Source: a candidate division FCPU426 bacterium
Lineage (GTDB): Bacteria; Oederibacteriota; Muellerivitia; Muellerivitales; Muellerivitaceae
Length of the DNA: 64,000 bases
NCBI GenBank assembly: GCA_963738405.1
Contig: CAVTWJ010000022.1
Location: 96,001-160,000, forward strand
Direction: 5' to 3'
Shown here: positions 27,073 to 36,847 of the stretch, in pieces
Layout of the letters: each line of letters opens with the position of its first letter
How positions within the stretch are numbered: position 1 is the stretch's first letter
The notes under the pieces: generated by a model
The model's database searches: none
The model's input: the letters and a program-made list of their open reading frames with translations, nothing else
Told to the model about the DNA's origin: nothing
Program-made: the position numbers and the translations under genes

Positions 27073-28131
27073 TTAAATTCCCTTCTGAAGAATTTCGAGC
27101 ATTTCGACGTCCAATGGGCCCGTTTGCCCATCCGCGGACTTGGGACAAACCCCAAAATCCAGCCATTTGTAATTCCAGTAGGACCAGCCTATGCCCAATT
27201 CCTTGAAAATTCCAACCACGTCTTGGGTCCATTGGAGACGTGTAGCGCGGGGGGCCTGTTCATACACTCCGAATTCCCCGCAGTAGAGGGACGCGCCTTC
27301 CTTGACCAAGGGCAGGATGGGCTTGAACCAATCCCGAAGCGAATCTTTGTCCCAGTGGCGGTTTCCTTCTTTCATGAGGAAGGTACGTGTGCCCTGGGGG
27401 ATTTCCTTGGCGAGGTATTCTTCGGTTTTAGGAATCTTGCCCGGGTAATCCACCCTTTCGGTATAGGGTGCCCCGTCGTGCCACCAGGGCGCCGACTGAT
27501 GGGTCACAAACATGGGCGAATAAAAGTGAAAACTGTAAACCAAGCGGTCATCCTTCAGCGAATGATACAGGTCCGGAACCCGGTCAATATTGCCCCAAAA
27601 GGTGGATTCGATGACCACGACACGGTTCGGATCGGCCTTGCGGATGGCCTGAAGGGTCCTTCGGGCCGTCTTGTTCCAATCTTGGGAATCCTTCGCGGTG
27701 GGTTCATTCAAAATATCAAACCAAATTCCCGTTCCGAAACCCTTCAGGTCGCGGGCCAAATCTTCCCAAAGATCACAAAAGGAATTTAAATCCTCTTCGT
27801 TCCGCCACAAATTTTCAAGTTCGGGTTTGGCGAAGGAGTGCCAGGGAACCTGGTGAAGATCCAGAATCGTTAAAAGGCCGGCCGATCTGGCCCATCCTAG
27901 GAATTTCAACAGAAGCTCCCACCTTTCCTTGTTGCGGGGGCCTAAACCGCCGTTTTGGTACAGCCAGGGAGCGTCCAGGGGAAGACGGATGGAGTTAAAA
28001 CCCCATTTGGAGATGGTTCTGAAATCCTGTTCGGTCAAAAAATCCCTGACGTGGCCGTCGGTGAGGTTGGATTGGGAAATCCAACCGCCAAGGTTGAAAC
28101 CCACGGGGCGAAAGGATGGAAGAGGGGACAT
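27073..28131 (-). CDS. Glycoside hydrolase family 5 (CelC-like endoglucanase), no signal peptide
   Basis: GFNLGGWISQ, GFNSIRLP, DLH, acid/base NEP, FHFY, nucleophile CGEFG, WSYWNYK; start could be 28191. Confidence 0.92.
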   Translation of the reverse strand: MSPLPSFRPVGFNLGGWISQSNLTDGHVRDFLTEQDFRTISKWGFNSIRLPLDAPWLYQNGGLGPRNKERWELLLKFLGWARSAGLLTILDLHQVPWHSFAKPELENLWRNEEDLNSFCDLWEDLARDLKGFGTGIWFDILNEPTAKDSQDWNKTARRTLQAIRKADPNRVVVIESTFWGNIDRVPDLYHSLKDDRLVYSFHFYSPMFVTHQSAPWWHDGAPYTERVDYPGKIPKTEEYLAKEIPQGTRTFLMKEGNRHWDKDSLRDWFKPILPLVKEGASLYCGEFGVYEQAPRATRLQWTQDVVGIFKELGIGWSYWNYKWLDFGVCPKSADGQTGPLDVEMLEILQKGI

Positions 28132-28300
28132 AAAGCTTATAACCTGCCGGGTTAAAGGATGAACAAGGATTGTATCGGGGGAGGAACTCATTTGGAATTG
28201 GATTCCATTGGCAAAAAGTGAAATCGGTACAGCGGAAGAAGGAGGGTTGAAGGTGAAATCAAAACCTTGGACGATTCAAATTTTCACGCCACCCAAAACA

Positions 28301-28750
28301 TTAAACCCCCGTGTGACCGAAACCGCCCTCGCCCCGGCGCGTCTCATCGAGCTTCGAGACCTTTTGAATCTTCGCTTGAACAACGGGGGATATTAAAAGT
28401 TGGGCCACCCGGTCGCCCCTCTTGAGGGTCACCGATTCTTTTCCCAAATTGATGACCAAAATTTTTACCTCGCCCCGATAGTCTGAGTCGATGGTTCCGG
28501 GGGCGTTGGTGAGGGTCAACCCCTGTTTCATGGCCAAACCGCTTCGTGGCCGGACGCAGCCCTCGAAACCGGGCGGAATCGCCATTTTGAGGCCCGTGGG
28601 TACCACGCCCCGGTCGCCCGGCGCTAGGACTAGTTCCTCCAACAGCGCAGCCTTTAAATCCAACCCGGCCGAGCCTTCGGTGGCATAGGCGGGCAAGCCC
28701 ATATCCTCATTGCCAGGGAGGATTTCGATTTCAAGAAGGGGTTGTTCCAT
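28301..28750 (-). CDS. dut: dUTP diphosphatase
   Basis: GSAGLDL, RPRSGLA, PGTIDSDYRGE, RVAQL, RGEGGFGHTG. Confidence 0.98.
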   Translation of the reverse strand: MEQPLLEIEILPGNEDMGLPAYATEGSAGLDLKAALLEELVLAPGDRGVVPTGLKMAIPPGFEGCVRPRSGLAMKQGLTLTNAPGTIDSDYRGEVKILVINLGKESVTLKRGDRVAQLLISPVVQAKIQKVSKLDETRRGEGGFGHTGV

Positions 28751-28766
28751 GGGTTCTAGTGAGCTG

Positions 28767-30356
28767 TCAAGTCTGTGGGATGGAGGCGCGGACCTTGTCC
28801 TTCAGGGCCTGAAACGCCTCGGGACTGTAGCAAAAGTAAGGATACTGCCGATAGGCCAGCACATCCCGGGTTTGCTTAAGTTGCTCCAAATCCATCTTGC
28901 CCTTTTCAAGGACTTTTAAGGCTTCGGTCAGCCCCTCGTACAGGGTTGGATTGATTGTTTTGATTTTCATGGACGCTTCGGTTCTTTGTGTGGGATTTTT
29001 GAGCAGTTCCACCCACTTCACTTTTTCCGCCGCCATTTTGGCCAGTTCCGGATTTTTCAGGCAGGTTTGAAAGGCCGCCTGCATAAAGGGAGGCAGTTCG
29101 GTTTTCCATGTTTCACTGCGGGTGAAAAGGTATTCAGGATTCTTCTCAAGGATTCGTTCCCAAGACAGGATTTTTTCTTCGAAAGAAAGGATCTTGTCCA
29201 TGGATTCACTTTCTTTCGGGTCCACCAGCCAGGTGGCCGTGGCGGTTCCAAACACAGGCGGCTTCACCCCCAGCACCTTCTCAATGAATATATCGTTTAC
29301 TTCCTCGTAAGAACTTCCCCCCATGCCATGGATGAAGAAATCACAAAGATACATGCGGCAAAAAAAAGTCTGGGGAAGAGCTTTGGGCCATATCTTGATG
29401 GGCAGGGTGGCCAATTCGGCTTTCAGATTGTCATGGCTGGCCTGAAAGGTTCCTTCGCCGCCCTTGATCTTGAGAACCAGGTGCCGCCCGTCGTTTTTGG
29501 CCCAGAGTGACTGCCTTTGGTTGTATTTGGTCATGCCCCAGAAGGGTATCTCAAACCACCAGCTCTCGAATTTCAGGTTGGGCAGTGGGGTCAGGTCATG
29601 CTTAATGCCATACCTTGCGCGGTAATCGTTGAGGGCCTTGTTGTAAGCCTCGGTCAGTTCAGGCAGATGGGACATCCAATAGGAAAGAAATTCATAATAG
29701 GGATCGGTTTCCCAAAGGCGGTGGGCTTCCAGGTACAGCCTTTGGGTTTGGCTTAGGGCGTCCAGGTATTTCAGGGTGGAAATATGAAACTGATTCCAGG
29801 TTGAATTTTTAAGAAGGTCCTTCAAAAGCCGGTCTTCGATTCCCTGCATGGCGGTCTTGACCGAAGCCGGACAGTAGGTTTGGGCCTCGGAAAAAATATG
29901 TTTGAGCGCCTCGTGGTCGGGCGCCGGCATCATGGCATAGGGGGTTGTTTTTTCCTGTTCGATGAATTCTTTGTTTTTGTAGAAATGGAGAACCTTCTTG
30001 CGAGCCTTGCCGTTATCTTCCACCTCAGGAAGATAATGGAGATACTCAATGGCCAGAGCCGTATCGGTCAATTTATGGCAGGCGGTTCCTTGGACTGATT
30101 CGGCCAAATAGGAGGCGGCCAAACACTTGGTCCATATGCCGGGATGGAAAAAAATGGGCTGGTGCCCCGAAAGAATGAGAGGCTGGTCCGTGGGCAGTTT
30201 CAGTGCCGCGCGAACCTTCAGCGCGTTCTGGCCCCAAACCAGACCCTTCACGGCCTTTTCACGATTCCGAAGAGCTTCTTCTTTCCAAGCGGAAAGGGGC
30301 GGATTGAAAAAAAGGTCCCCGTGGCGTTTTGGAATCTGGTCCGTGAACTCAACCAT
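28767..30356 (-). CDS. Uncharacterised protein, distant BshC-like (HUP-fold ligase) candidate
   Basis: SGHQPIFFHPGIWTK, FIHGMGGSSY and a helical C-terminal region parallel the BshC motif order. Confidence 0.5.
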   Translation of the reverse strand: MVEFTDQIPKRHGDLFFNPPLSAWKEEALRNREKAVKGLVWGQNALKVRAALKLPTDQPLILSGHQPIFFHPGIWTKCLAASYLAESVQGTACHKLTDTALAIEYLHYLPEVEDNGKARKKVLHFYKNKEFIEQEKTTPYAMMPAPDHEALKHIFSEAQTYCPASVKTAMQGIEDRLLKDLLKNSTWNQFHISTLKYLDALSQTQRLYLEAHRLWETDPYYEFLSYWMSHLPELTEAYNKALNDYRARYGIKHDLTPLPNLKFESWWFEIPFWGMTKYNQRQSLWAKNDGRHLVLKIKGGEGTFQASHDNLKAELATLPIKIWPKALPQTFFCRMYLCDFFIHGMGGSSYEEVNDIFIEKVLGVKPPVFGTATATWLVDPKESESMDKILSFEEKILSWERILEKNPEYLFTRSETWKTELPPFMQAAFQTCLKNPELAKMAAEKVKWVELLKNPTQRTEASMKIKTINPTLYEGLTEALKVLEKGKMDLEQLKQTRDVLAYRQYPYFCYSPEAFQALKDKVRASIPQT

Positions 30357-30370
30357 GAGGACGTCCTTTC

Positions 30371-31090
30371 TTAAATCTTGGCCTTGGCCAAGGGCAGACC
30401 TAATGACTTGGCCTCCCGCTCCATCACTTCCAGGTAATGGTTCAATCTTTCGTCCCGGGTGGCAAACCGGTTGTTGAAATTCCGGGTATGGTCTTTATAA
30501 ATCAAAGGAACCGCGCATTCGGTAACGGTCAACCCGGCCTTGGCAGCTTGAAGCCAGAGCTGGATCGGAAACCCGTAATTAGTCTCGGTCAAGGTCAGTT
30601 TTTTCAACCCCTCCACCCGATAGCCTTTAAACCCGCAGAAACTATCGGTCAGATTATAACCCGTTAAATGCCTCAACTTCTCCGTAATGATGGTGTTGAC
30701 TTCCAACCTCTCGGGCGGCGGATGATCGGTGGCCAGGAGGGGGTTCAAATAGCGGCTTCCTGACACGATATCGAAGGCCCCCAAATCCTCCAAAATTTTG
30801 GGGATAAAAGCCGGTTCATGTTGTTCATCGGCGTCCAGGGTGACGCAGGAGGAATAACCATGGTTGATCACGAAGCGAAAACCATCCATCAAGGTTTGTC
30901 CATAACCCTGATTTTCGTCGTGGCGAATAATCGCTGTTATCTTCAATCGTTCCAGAATCGAGGGCGTGGCGTCGGTAGATCCGTCATCCACGACCACCAC
31001 ATCGCCTCCCTTAAAATCGGAAAGCTTTTTGACGACCCTTTCCAAAGTGGGGGCTTCGTTATAGACAGGCAGGAGAATAGCGTACCGCAT
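30371..31090 (-). CDS. Glycosyltransferase family 2 (DPM1/polyprenol-phosphate type)
   Basis: LPVYNE, VDDGSTD, NQGYG, LDADEQH, GSRY, TDSFCGFKGY. Confidence 0.92.
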   Translation of the reverse strand: MRYAILLPVYNEAPTLERVVKKLSDFKGGDVVVVDDGSTDATPSILERLKITAIIRHDENQGYGQTLMDGFRFVINHGYSSCVTLDADEQHEPAFIPKILEDLGAFDIVSGSRYLNPLLATDHPPPERLEVNTIITEKLRHLTGYNLTDSFCGFKGYRVEGLKKLTLTETNYGFPIQLWLQAAKAGLTVTECAVPLIYKDHTRNFNNRFATRDERLNHYLEVMEREAKSLGLPLAKAKI

Positions 31091-31194
31091 TTTAAAAGGA
31101 AGCTCCCTTCGGCGAATCAATCCCTTTGATTTACGAACCTTTGATGGGGAATTCAAGACAATAACCCTACAAATCCCTTAACGCGGTTTTTCCG

Positions 31195-32463
31195 CTATTG
31201 GGGAAGGGTCGCGATATCCGAGGGGGTGGGTTGAACGATATCAACGGGAACCAGCTGGATGGAGGGAGTAGGTGTGTCGGCGACCTGAACGGCGGGTGGA
31301 TTTGCCGCAACGGGAGGAGCAGGCGATCCATTTGAAATAACCGGAAGCGAAGGAGGGGCGGAAGCCCCTGTATCCGTATTAGAATTCTCGGCCGGTTTGG
31401 GCCCGCTCCACATGTTGTTCTTGTCGGGAACCGGCGTGGGGGTGGGAACCGCCTGACTTTGCTGAAGCTTGGCTTGGAAGGCAGCTTCTTGTTCAGCTTG
31501 TTTTTTCGTCAAGAGGGGTTTTCGGATATCGTCGATATGCTTTTGGACCGACGTATCCGACGGGTTCAGGGCCGCGTATTTTTGCCAATGGTAAAGAGCC
31601 AAACCCATCTCGTCGTTGCGTTCATAGATTTTCGCCACTTGCCGGTGGGCTACCGCTTGACGGTCGTCAAATGAAAGAATCTTCATGTATTCATTGCGCG
31701 CGTTGGGCCAGTCCCGGAGATCCTCATAATGCTGGGCCAGCTGATAGTGAGCCGGGATGTTGGAGGGATTCAAATCGGTCGCAGCTTGATATTGCTCCAC
31801 CGCTTGTTTTCCATGACCTTCTTGGGTGTAAACATCCCCCAATTTCGACCGTGCAGAGGTATTTAGGGGGTTTACCTCCAGGGATTGGCGATAATAGGCG
31901 AAAGCCTCTTCATTTCGGTTCTGGGCTTGGTAAATGTCGCCCAAACGTTCGTAAACTTCCGAATTTTCAGGGAAGGCTTTAATTGCTTTTTTAATTTCAT
32001 CGGTGGCTTGGGAATATTGTTTTTCGGCCAGGTAGGCCAACCCCAAATTGTAATGGGCCGAGCCTAAGCTGGGGTCCAGGGTCAGGGCTTTGAGGGCATA
32101 TTGGATGCACAAGGGATAGGCCAAACGCTGTAAATAAACAAAAGACTTGTTGGAAAGGGCCTCGACATAGTTGGGTTGGACGGACAGTGCCTTGTCAAAC
32201 TGCTCCATCGCCTGATCGTAAAGGCCCCGCTGGGCATAAATTTTACCGAGGTTATTGCGGGCCTCAACGTCATAGGGATTCCGTTCCACGGCCTCTTTTA
32301 AATAGGTCGTAGCGCTGTTGGTTTTGCCTTCTTTTAAGTAAACATTGGCTTTATCCAAATAATACTGGCTATCAGGCTCGCCGCCCGCCGCCAAAGAGGG
32401 GAAAAAAATGGAGAAAAGGGCCGGAATAAGGAAGGGAGTAATATGGCGCGGAAAAGGGGACAT
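31195..32463 (-). CDS. Exported TPR-repeat protein with Pro-rich tail
   Basis: Signal peptide, about 8 TPR repeats (ARNNLGKIY, AHYNLGLAY), PT-rich C-terminus. Confidence 0.88.
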   Translation of the reverse strand: MSPFPRHITPFLIPALFSIFFPSLAAGGEPDSQYYLDKANVYLKEGKTNSATTYLKEAVERNPYDVEARNNLGKIYAQRGLYDQAMEQFDKALSVQPNYVEALSNKSFVYLQRLAYPLCIQYALKALTLDPSLGSAHYNLGLAYLAEKQYSQATDEIKKAIKAFPENSEVYERLGDIYQAQNRNEEAFAYYRQSLEVNPLNTSARSKLGDVYTQEGHGKQAVEQYQAATDLNPSNIPAHYQLAQHYEDLRDWPNARNEYMKILSFDDRQAVAHRQVAKIYERNDEMGLALYHWQKYAALNPSDTSVQKHIDDIRKPLLTKKQAEQEAAFQAKLQQSQAVPTPTPVPDKNNMWSGPKPAENSNTDTGASAPPSLPVISNGSPAPPVAANPPAVQVADTPTPSIQLVPVDIVQPTPSDIATLPQ

Positions 32464-32575
32464 CCTGACTCCTCAAATAACTGAAGGCCTGAGTAACAAA
32501 GGAGAATCGATTTTAAGGGAGGGGTTCAGGCCCGTCAACGTGCAAAACCTGAAGCGTTCCGCGTTTATGGATGTT

Positions 32576-33967
32576 TTACGCTTTTTGAGCTTCCTCTTGC
32601 GCGAATCGAAGAAATAGTTTCAATTCCCTTTGTGAGGATGCCTCGGCGTAAAGACGCAGGAGGGGCTCGGTTCCTGATGCCCTTGCCATAACCCATCCCC
32701 TTTCCATTTCGAGCTTCACACCATCCATGGTTTCAACCCGCAAAATTTTGTTTCCGCCGATTTGCGCGGGATGTTTATGACGGAATCTTTCCAAAATGAC
32801 TTGCTGTCTCTTCGGGGAAACATTGGAAAGGTCCACCCTTCCCGAATAAAAAGGCCCGAACTCCTTTTGAAGAAAGTCGACGGTTTGTGTGACTGATTTC
32901 CCTAGAAACGAAAGGGCTTCCAGCAGCAAAAGGCCGGACAACAACCCATCCCTTTCCGGAAGGTGCCCTTTTACGGCAATGCCCCCGCTTTCCTCCATGC
33001 CTAAAAGCACGTCTTTTTGGAGCATCACACCGCCAATGTATTTGAACCCAATGGGGGTTGTGGTTAAGGGGATTCCCCATTTTTGGGCCATACGGCCGAT
33101 CATGAGGGTTCCTGAAACGGTCTTGACCACTTCCCCACGCATTTTTCGGTTCACCCACAGGTGGTAAAGAAGCAGGGCATGAAGTTTATGTACATCCACA
33201 AATCGTCCCTTTTCATCCATCATTCCGATGCGGTCCCCGTCCCCGTCGGTGGCGAATCCAACCGAGGCTTTCAGCTTCCGGATCGCCTGGGAAAGGGGTT
33301 CCAGGTTGGGTCCGATGGGTTCGGGCTGTCTTCCGCCAAAGAGGGGGTCCGGGTTTGCAGCCAAGGTCCAAACCTTGGTCCTGCCCCCCGAAACCATTTT
33401 TTCAAAATGTTTTTCACCCGTTCCGTGCATCGAATCCACAACCACTTTAAGACCCGAACGGCGGATAAGTTTTAAGTCCACCTTCGCGGTTAGGATTTTC
33501 AAGTAATGCTCCAGCCAATCCCTCGAGTCAATCTTGCCCTTTTGCCCTAATGGTGGGTCCTTATCCGGAATCGCCTTCTCCACCTTTTCGGTAAAGGAGG
33601 AGGGAGCGGAAACTCCGGGTGGAAGCTTGATTTTGAAACCGTTATAGGCCCCCGAATTGTGGCTGGCGGTGATCATGACCCCCGCGTCGGCCCCCCTAGC
33701 CTTCAAAGCAAGGGAAAGGGCGGGCGTGGGAAGGACACGGGAAGAAAGGCAGACCCGGTGGCCGAGGGAAGAAAGGGTTTGCGCCGCGGCTTGGGCGAAG
33801 GCGCGGGATTGAAACCGGGTATCGTATCCAACAAACACAAGGGCTTTTTTCTTTTTGCCGCTGAGAACCCGGCCCAAACCGAAGGCCGCCCGCCTGACAT
33901 TGGCGAAGGTGTAAGAGTCTGCAATTTTGGCGCGCCAGCCGTCCGTCCCGAAACGCAAGATGTCCAA
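32576..33967 (-). CDS. Phosphoglucomutase/phosphomannomutase family protein
   Basis: FGTDGWR, ITASHN, DGDGDR, GMEESGG, RASGTEP. Confidence 0.96.
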   Translation of the reverse strand: MDILRFGTDGWRAKIADSYTFANVRRAAFGLGRVLSGKKKKALVFVGYDTRFQSRAFAQAAAQTLSSLGHRVCLSSRVLPTPALSLALKARGADAGVMITASHNSGAYNGFKIKLPPGVSAPSSFTEKVEKAIPDKDPPLGQKGKIDSRDWLEHYLKILTAKVDLKLIRRSGLKVVVDSMHGTGEKHFEKMVSGGRTKVWTLAANPDPLFGGRQPEPIGPNLEPLSQAIRKLKASVGFATDGDGDRIGMMDEKGRFVDVHKLHALLLYHLWVNRKMRGEVVKTVSGTLMIGRMAQKWGIPLTTTPIGFKYIGGVMLQKDVLLGMEESGGIAVKGHLPERDGLLSGLLLLEALSFLGKSVTQTVDFLQKEFGPFYSGRVDLSNVSPKRQQVILERFRHKHPAQIGGNKILRVETMDGVKLEMERGWVMARASGTEPLLRLYAEASSQRELKLFLRFAQEEAQKA

Positions 33968-33978
33968 GTTACTCTCCC

Positions 33979-35694
33979 TTAATCCTCATCTTTGATTTCA
34001 AGCCTGTAACCAGGTGAATCCAAGTGGTTATACATGAGCCATTGCTTTAACCGCCATTCATATGTTTGTTTGTTGAAGTGGAGATTCCAACCCGGCGGCG
34101 TGGTGGAGTTGTAACCATTCAAGGTCGGAATCCCCGACATCATCGATACCAGCATGGCATCCACTTGGTGAGTATTCCTAATTCGGTCCTTCAGATTTGG
34201 GCCTAACACCACATAGAAATATTCAGCTTCCTTCGGGATCGTTTGAGCCATGGCCGTGATCCTTTCCCGGTCCCGATCCTTGGGATATCCAGGGAAAGGA
34301 AGGTCCCCCATCTGTTCAAACCAAATCAACCCAAGAAAAATCGCCAATAAAGTCCAAGCATATATTTTGTGAGTTGAAGACCTTTTTTTCTGAATCCAAT
34401 CGGCCACCCTTTGGGTCTCACTAGTCAAAATACAGGATGCGGGCAAAGCCAGAACCAGAAACAGTCGGGAAATACATTTCATGGCGGAGGCCCCGGGAAT
34501 CAAATGATAAACCATTTCCCATAAATAATTGTGATGGAATATCCGCACTACAAAGGCCGCAGAAATAAGGACACTTAAATAGACAGGAAATTCCAGGGTT
34601 TTTAATCTCTCACCCGAGAAGGTGAGGGACTTCCGAATCCCGTTTGAACTATTGAAGTTAAGAGACCTGCCCAAAAGAAAAACTCCAGCCACAATCCAAA
34701 AAAGGATAAAAACCAGCCCCAATCCTAACCTGTTTTCCCACTCAAACGGAATGGTGGCCAACCGTGGAAAGCGTGCCAGCCATCCCCAAAACCAATTTTG
34801 CTCCCCCATCCAAAAGAGAGCCTTTGGAACCGGAGCCGCTTCAGCGGCGTCTGAAAAAGCTCTCGGGCCTCTCATCTGCAAAGCCGGCAAATAAAGTGCG
34901 AGCGCCGGAATCAAGCTGAACAAAAAAACTCCCGCAGAAGCCGCAAAACTCAATCGAAATCGCTTTAGAAACTCCCACCCTTTCCTGCGGTTTTCTTCCC
35001 AAATCATCATGGTCAAAACAAGAATCAAAAACCAGAAACAAAAAAACCAAGCCAAATAGAAGGACGTCAAAAACTGAACCCCCAATAGGAACGCCGTGAC
35101 GGACAAGACCCCAAAGACCTGGAAATCTCCCGCCCGAACGGCATTTCGATAGATCCAGGCAAATCCCATCAGTATCAAGGGAAGGAGGAATTGCATCTGC
35201 AGGTCAAAGTGATTGGTTTGGTTGTATCGAATATTGTTGAAACAGTAAAAAGAAGCCCCCACCGACGAGGGAAAAAAACCAAAACCCAGACCCTTTTTAA
35301 AAAGCAAGAAACAGGTAAACCATGCAAACACATCACAGGCCATAGCACAGGCTTGAAACGCGTCGTACATATCCAGGTGCGCGAAACGAAAAAGGGAGTA
35401 AATCGGGACCGCCGCCGAGTTGGCGTCGTTATAACCCAAAAGACCTTGGGCAGGGTAAAACATAGCGGGAGAAAGTATTTTGGCGTGACCTAGGAAGGAT
35501 TGGTAATAGTTTTCGAGGATATACATGCAAAAGCGTGAATCGCCAATATCCCCCGGCATGAAATGAAACCCGGTTAAGAACTCAACCCGGTGAAAAGTCC
35601 AAATACCCCAAAACAGAGGGATTATGCAGGCGAGAGCATAGAAAAAGGAGGAAGTTTTTCCAGAAAAGATCTGGAGGTTCGGCCGAATATTCAT
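33979..35694 (-). CDS. Polytopic membrane protein, YfhO/GT-C-like
   Basis: PGDIGDSRF...LE after TM1, many TMs, PTLNGY C-terminal motif. Confidence 0.65.
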   Translation of the reverse strand: MNIRPNLQIFSGKTSSFFYALACIIPLFWGIWTFHRVEFLTGFHFMPGDIGDSRFCMYILENYYQSFLGHAKILSPAMFYPAQGLLGYNDANSAAVPIYSLFRFAHLDMYDAFQACAMACDVFAWFTCFLLFKKGLGFGFFPSSVGASFYCFNNIRYNQTNHFDLQMQFLLPLILMGFAWIYRNAVRAGDFQVFGVLSVTAFLLGVQFLTSFYLAWFFCFWFLILVLTMMIWEENRRKGWEFLKRFRLSFAASAGVFLFSLIPALALYLPALQMRGPRAFSDAAEAAPVPKALFWMGEQNWFWGWLARFPRLATIPFEWENRLGLGLVFILFWIVAGVFLLGRSLNFNSSNGIRKSLTFSGERLKTLEFPVYLSVLISAAFVVRIFHHNYLWEMVYHLIPGASAMKCISRLFLVLALPASCILTSETQRVADWIQKKRSSTHKIYAWTLLAIFLGLIWFEQMGDLPFPGYPKDRDRERITAMAQTIPKEAEYFYVVLGPNLKDRIRNTHQVDAMLVSMMSGIPTLNGYNSTTPPGWNLHFNKQTYEWRLKQWLMYNHLDSPGYRLEIKDED

Positions 35695-35728
35695 GAGCGT
35701 AAGGATGCCATGCGTTTCCGGGACCGAA

Positions 35729-36772
35729 TCATGATATTTGGCTTTCGTCTCCCCAAACGCTTCCAGAGGGTGGCTGAGCCCCATCCACCACCACGCATTT
35801 GCGCCCCAAGATAGACTCTTCCAATTTCGAATCCTTCCCGACTTTCACGCCTTCCCACAAAAGGCTTTTGGAAACAACCGCACCGGGACCGATAATGCAT
35901 TTTCTTCCAATCACGCTATAGGGAAGAATCTTCGCGCCGTCCCCAATGTAACACCCTTCTTCCAACAATACCGGACCCTGCACCACCGCGTCCCTGCCAA
36001 ACCATACCCTTTTTCCCCGGTAAATATGATTCGCCCCTTTCTTCACGCGGGAAAGAATGGGAAAAGCCCCGCTCAGGACGTCCCATTGGGTGGTCAGGTA
36101 TTTTCGAGGAGTGCCTATATCCTGCCAGTAGCCCTTCCAAACAAAGCCCCCGAAGGGTACCCCCGCCTGAAGCAGGGCCGGGAAGAGTCCCCTTTCGGCA
36201 GAATGGTTGACGCCCGAGGGAATAAAATCCATCACCCCGGGTTCGAAGATATAAACCCCGGCATTGATGGTATCCACCACCGTTTCCTCAGGTTTGGGTT
36301 TTTCGAGAAATTTCTGAATTTTCCCTTGGGAGTTCAAAATCACAAGACCATAAGGGCTGGGATCGGGGACCCGGACCAGACCCAAGGTGGCCAGATTTCC
36401 CGCCTCGTGGTGCGCCGCCGCCATTTTTTTGAGGGGAATATCAGTGAGTATGTCCCCATTCATGACAACGACCGACGATCCCTTTACATAACGTTCGGCG
36501 TTCTTGATGGCCCCGGCGGTGCCGAGGGGGTTTTCCTCAGTGACGTAATAAATCTTCACGCCAAATTTCCGGCCGTTGCCGTAAATTTTTCGGATGTCGT
36601 CCGGCCGATATCCCAGGGAAAGAACAATTTCTTTGACCCCCGCCGACTTTAAAAATTCAAATTGGTAGGTCAGAAAGGGAGTGCCGCATAGGGGCGCGAC
36701 ATTTTTGGGAAGCTTATCCGTCAAGGGACGCATCCGGGTGCCCTGCCCCCCCACAAGAATAATGGCCTTCAT
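35729..36772 (-). CDS. NDP-sugar pyrophosphorylase (mannose-1-phosphate guanylyltransferase-like)
   Basis: LVGGQGTRMRPLT..PK, PLGTAGA, NGD, FLEKP, YWQDIG, C-terminal left-handed beta-helix repeats. Confidence 0.93.
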   Translation of the reverse strand: MKAIILVGGQGTRMRPLTDKLPKNVAPLCGTPFLTYQFEFLKSAGVKEIVLSLGYRPDDIRKIYGNGRKFGVKIYYVTEENPLGTAGAIKNAERYVKGSSVVVMNGDILTDIPLKKMAAAHHEAGNLATLGLVRVPDPSPYGLVILNSQGKIQKFLEKPKPEETVVDTINAGVYIFEPGVMDFIPSGVNHSAERGLFPALLQAGVPFGGFVWKGYWQDIGTPRKYLTTQWDVLSGAFPILSRVKKGANHIYRGKRVWFGRDAVVQGPVLLEEGCYIGDGAKILPYSVIGRKCIIGPGAVVSKSLLWEGVKVGKDSKLEESILGRKCVVVDGAQPPSGSVWGDESQIS

Positions 36773-36847
36773 GTGACGCTCCGCCTTGAGTCTTAAGAGT
36801 GAAAGAAAAAAGAAAAGGGCAAAAAGACTACTTCAAGCACCTAACTT

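Noticed and set aside
26986..27789. 267-aa plus-strand ORF
   Set aside because: Antisense shadow of the GH5 gene; the same applies to 6656..7423, 50532..51224 and similar ORFs
35738..36652. 304-aa plus-strand ORF
   Set aside because: Antisense shadow of the NDP-sugar pyrophosphorylase
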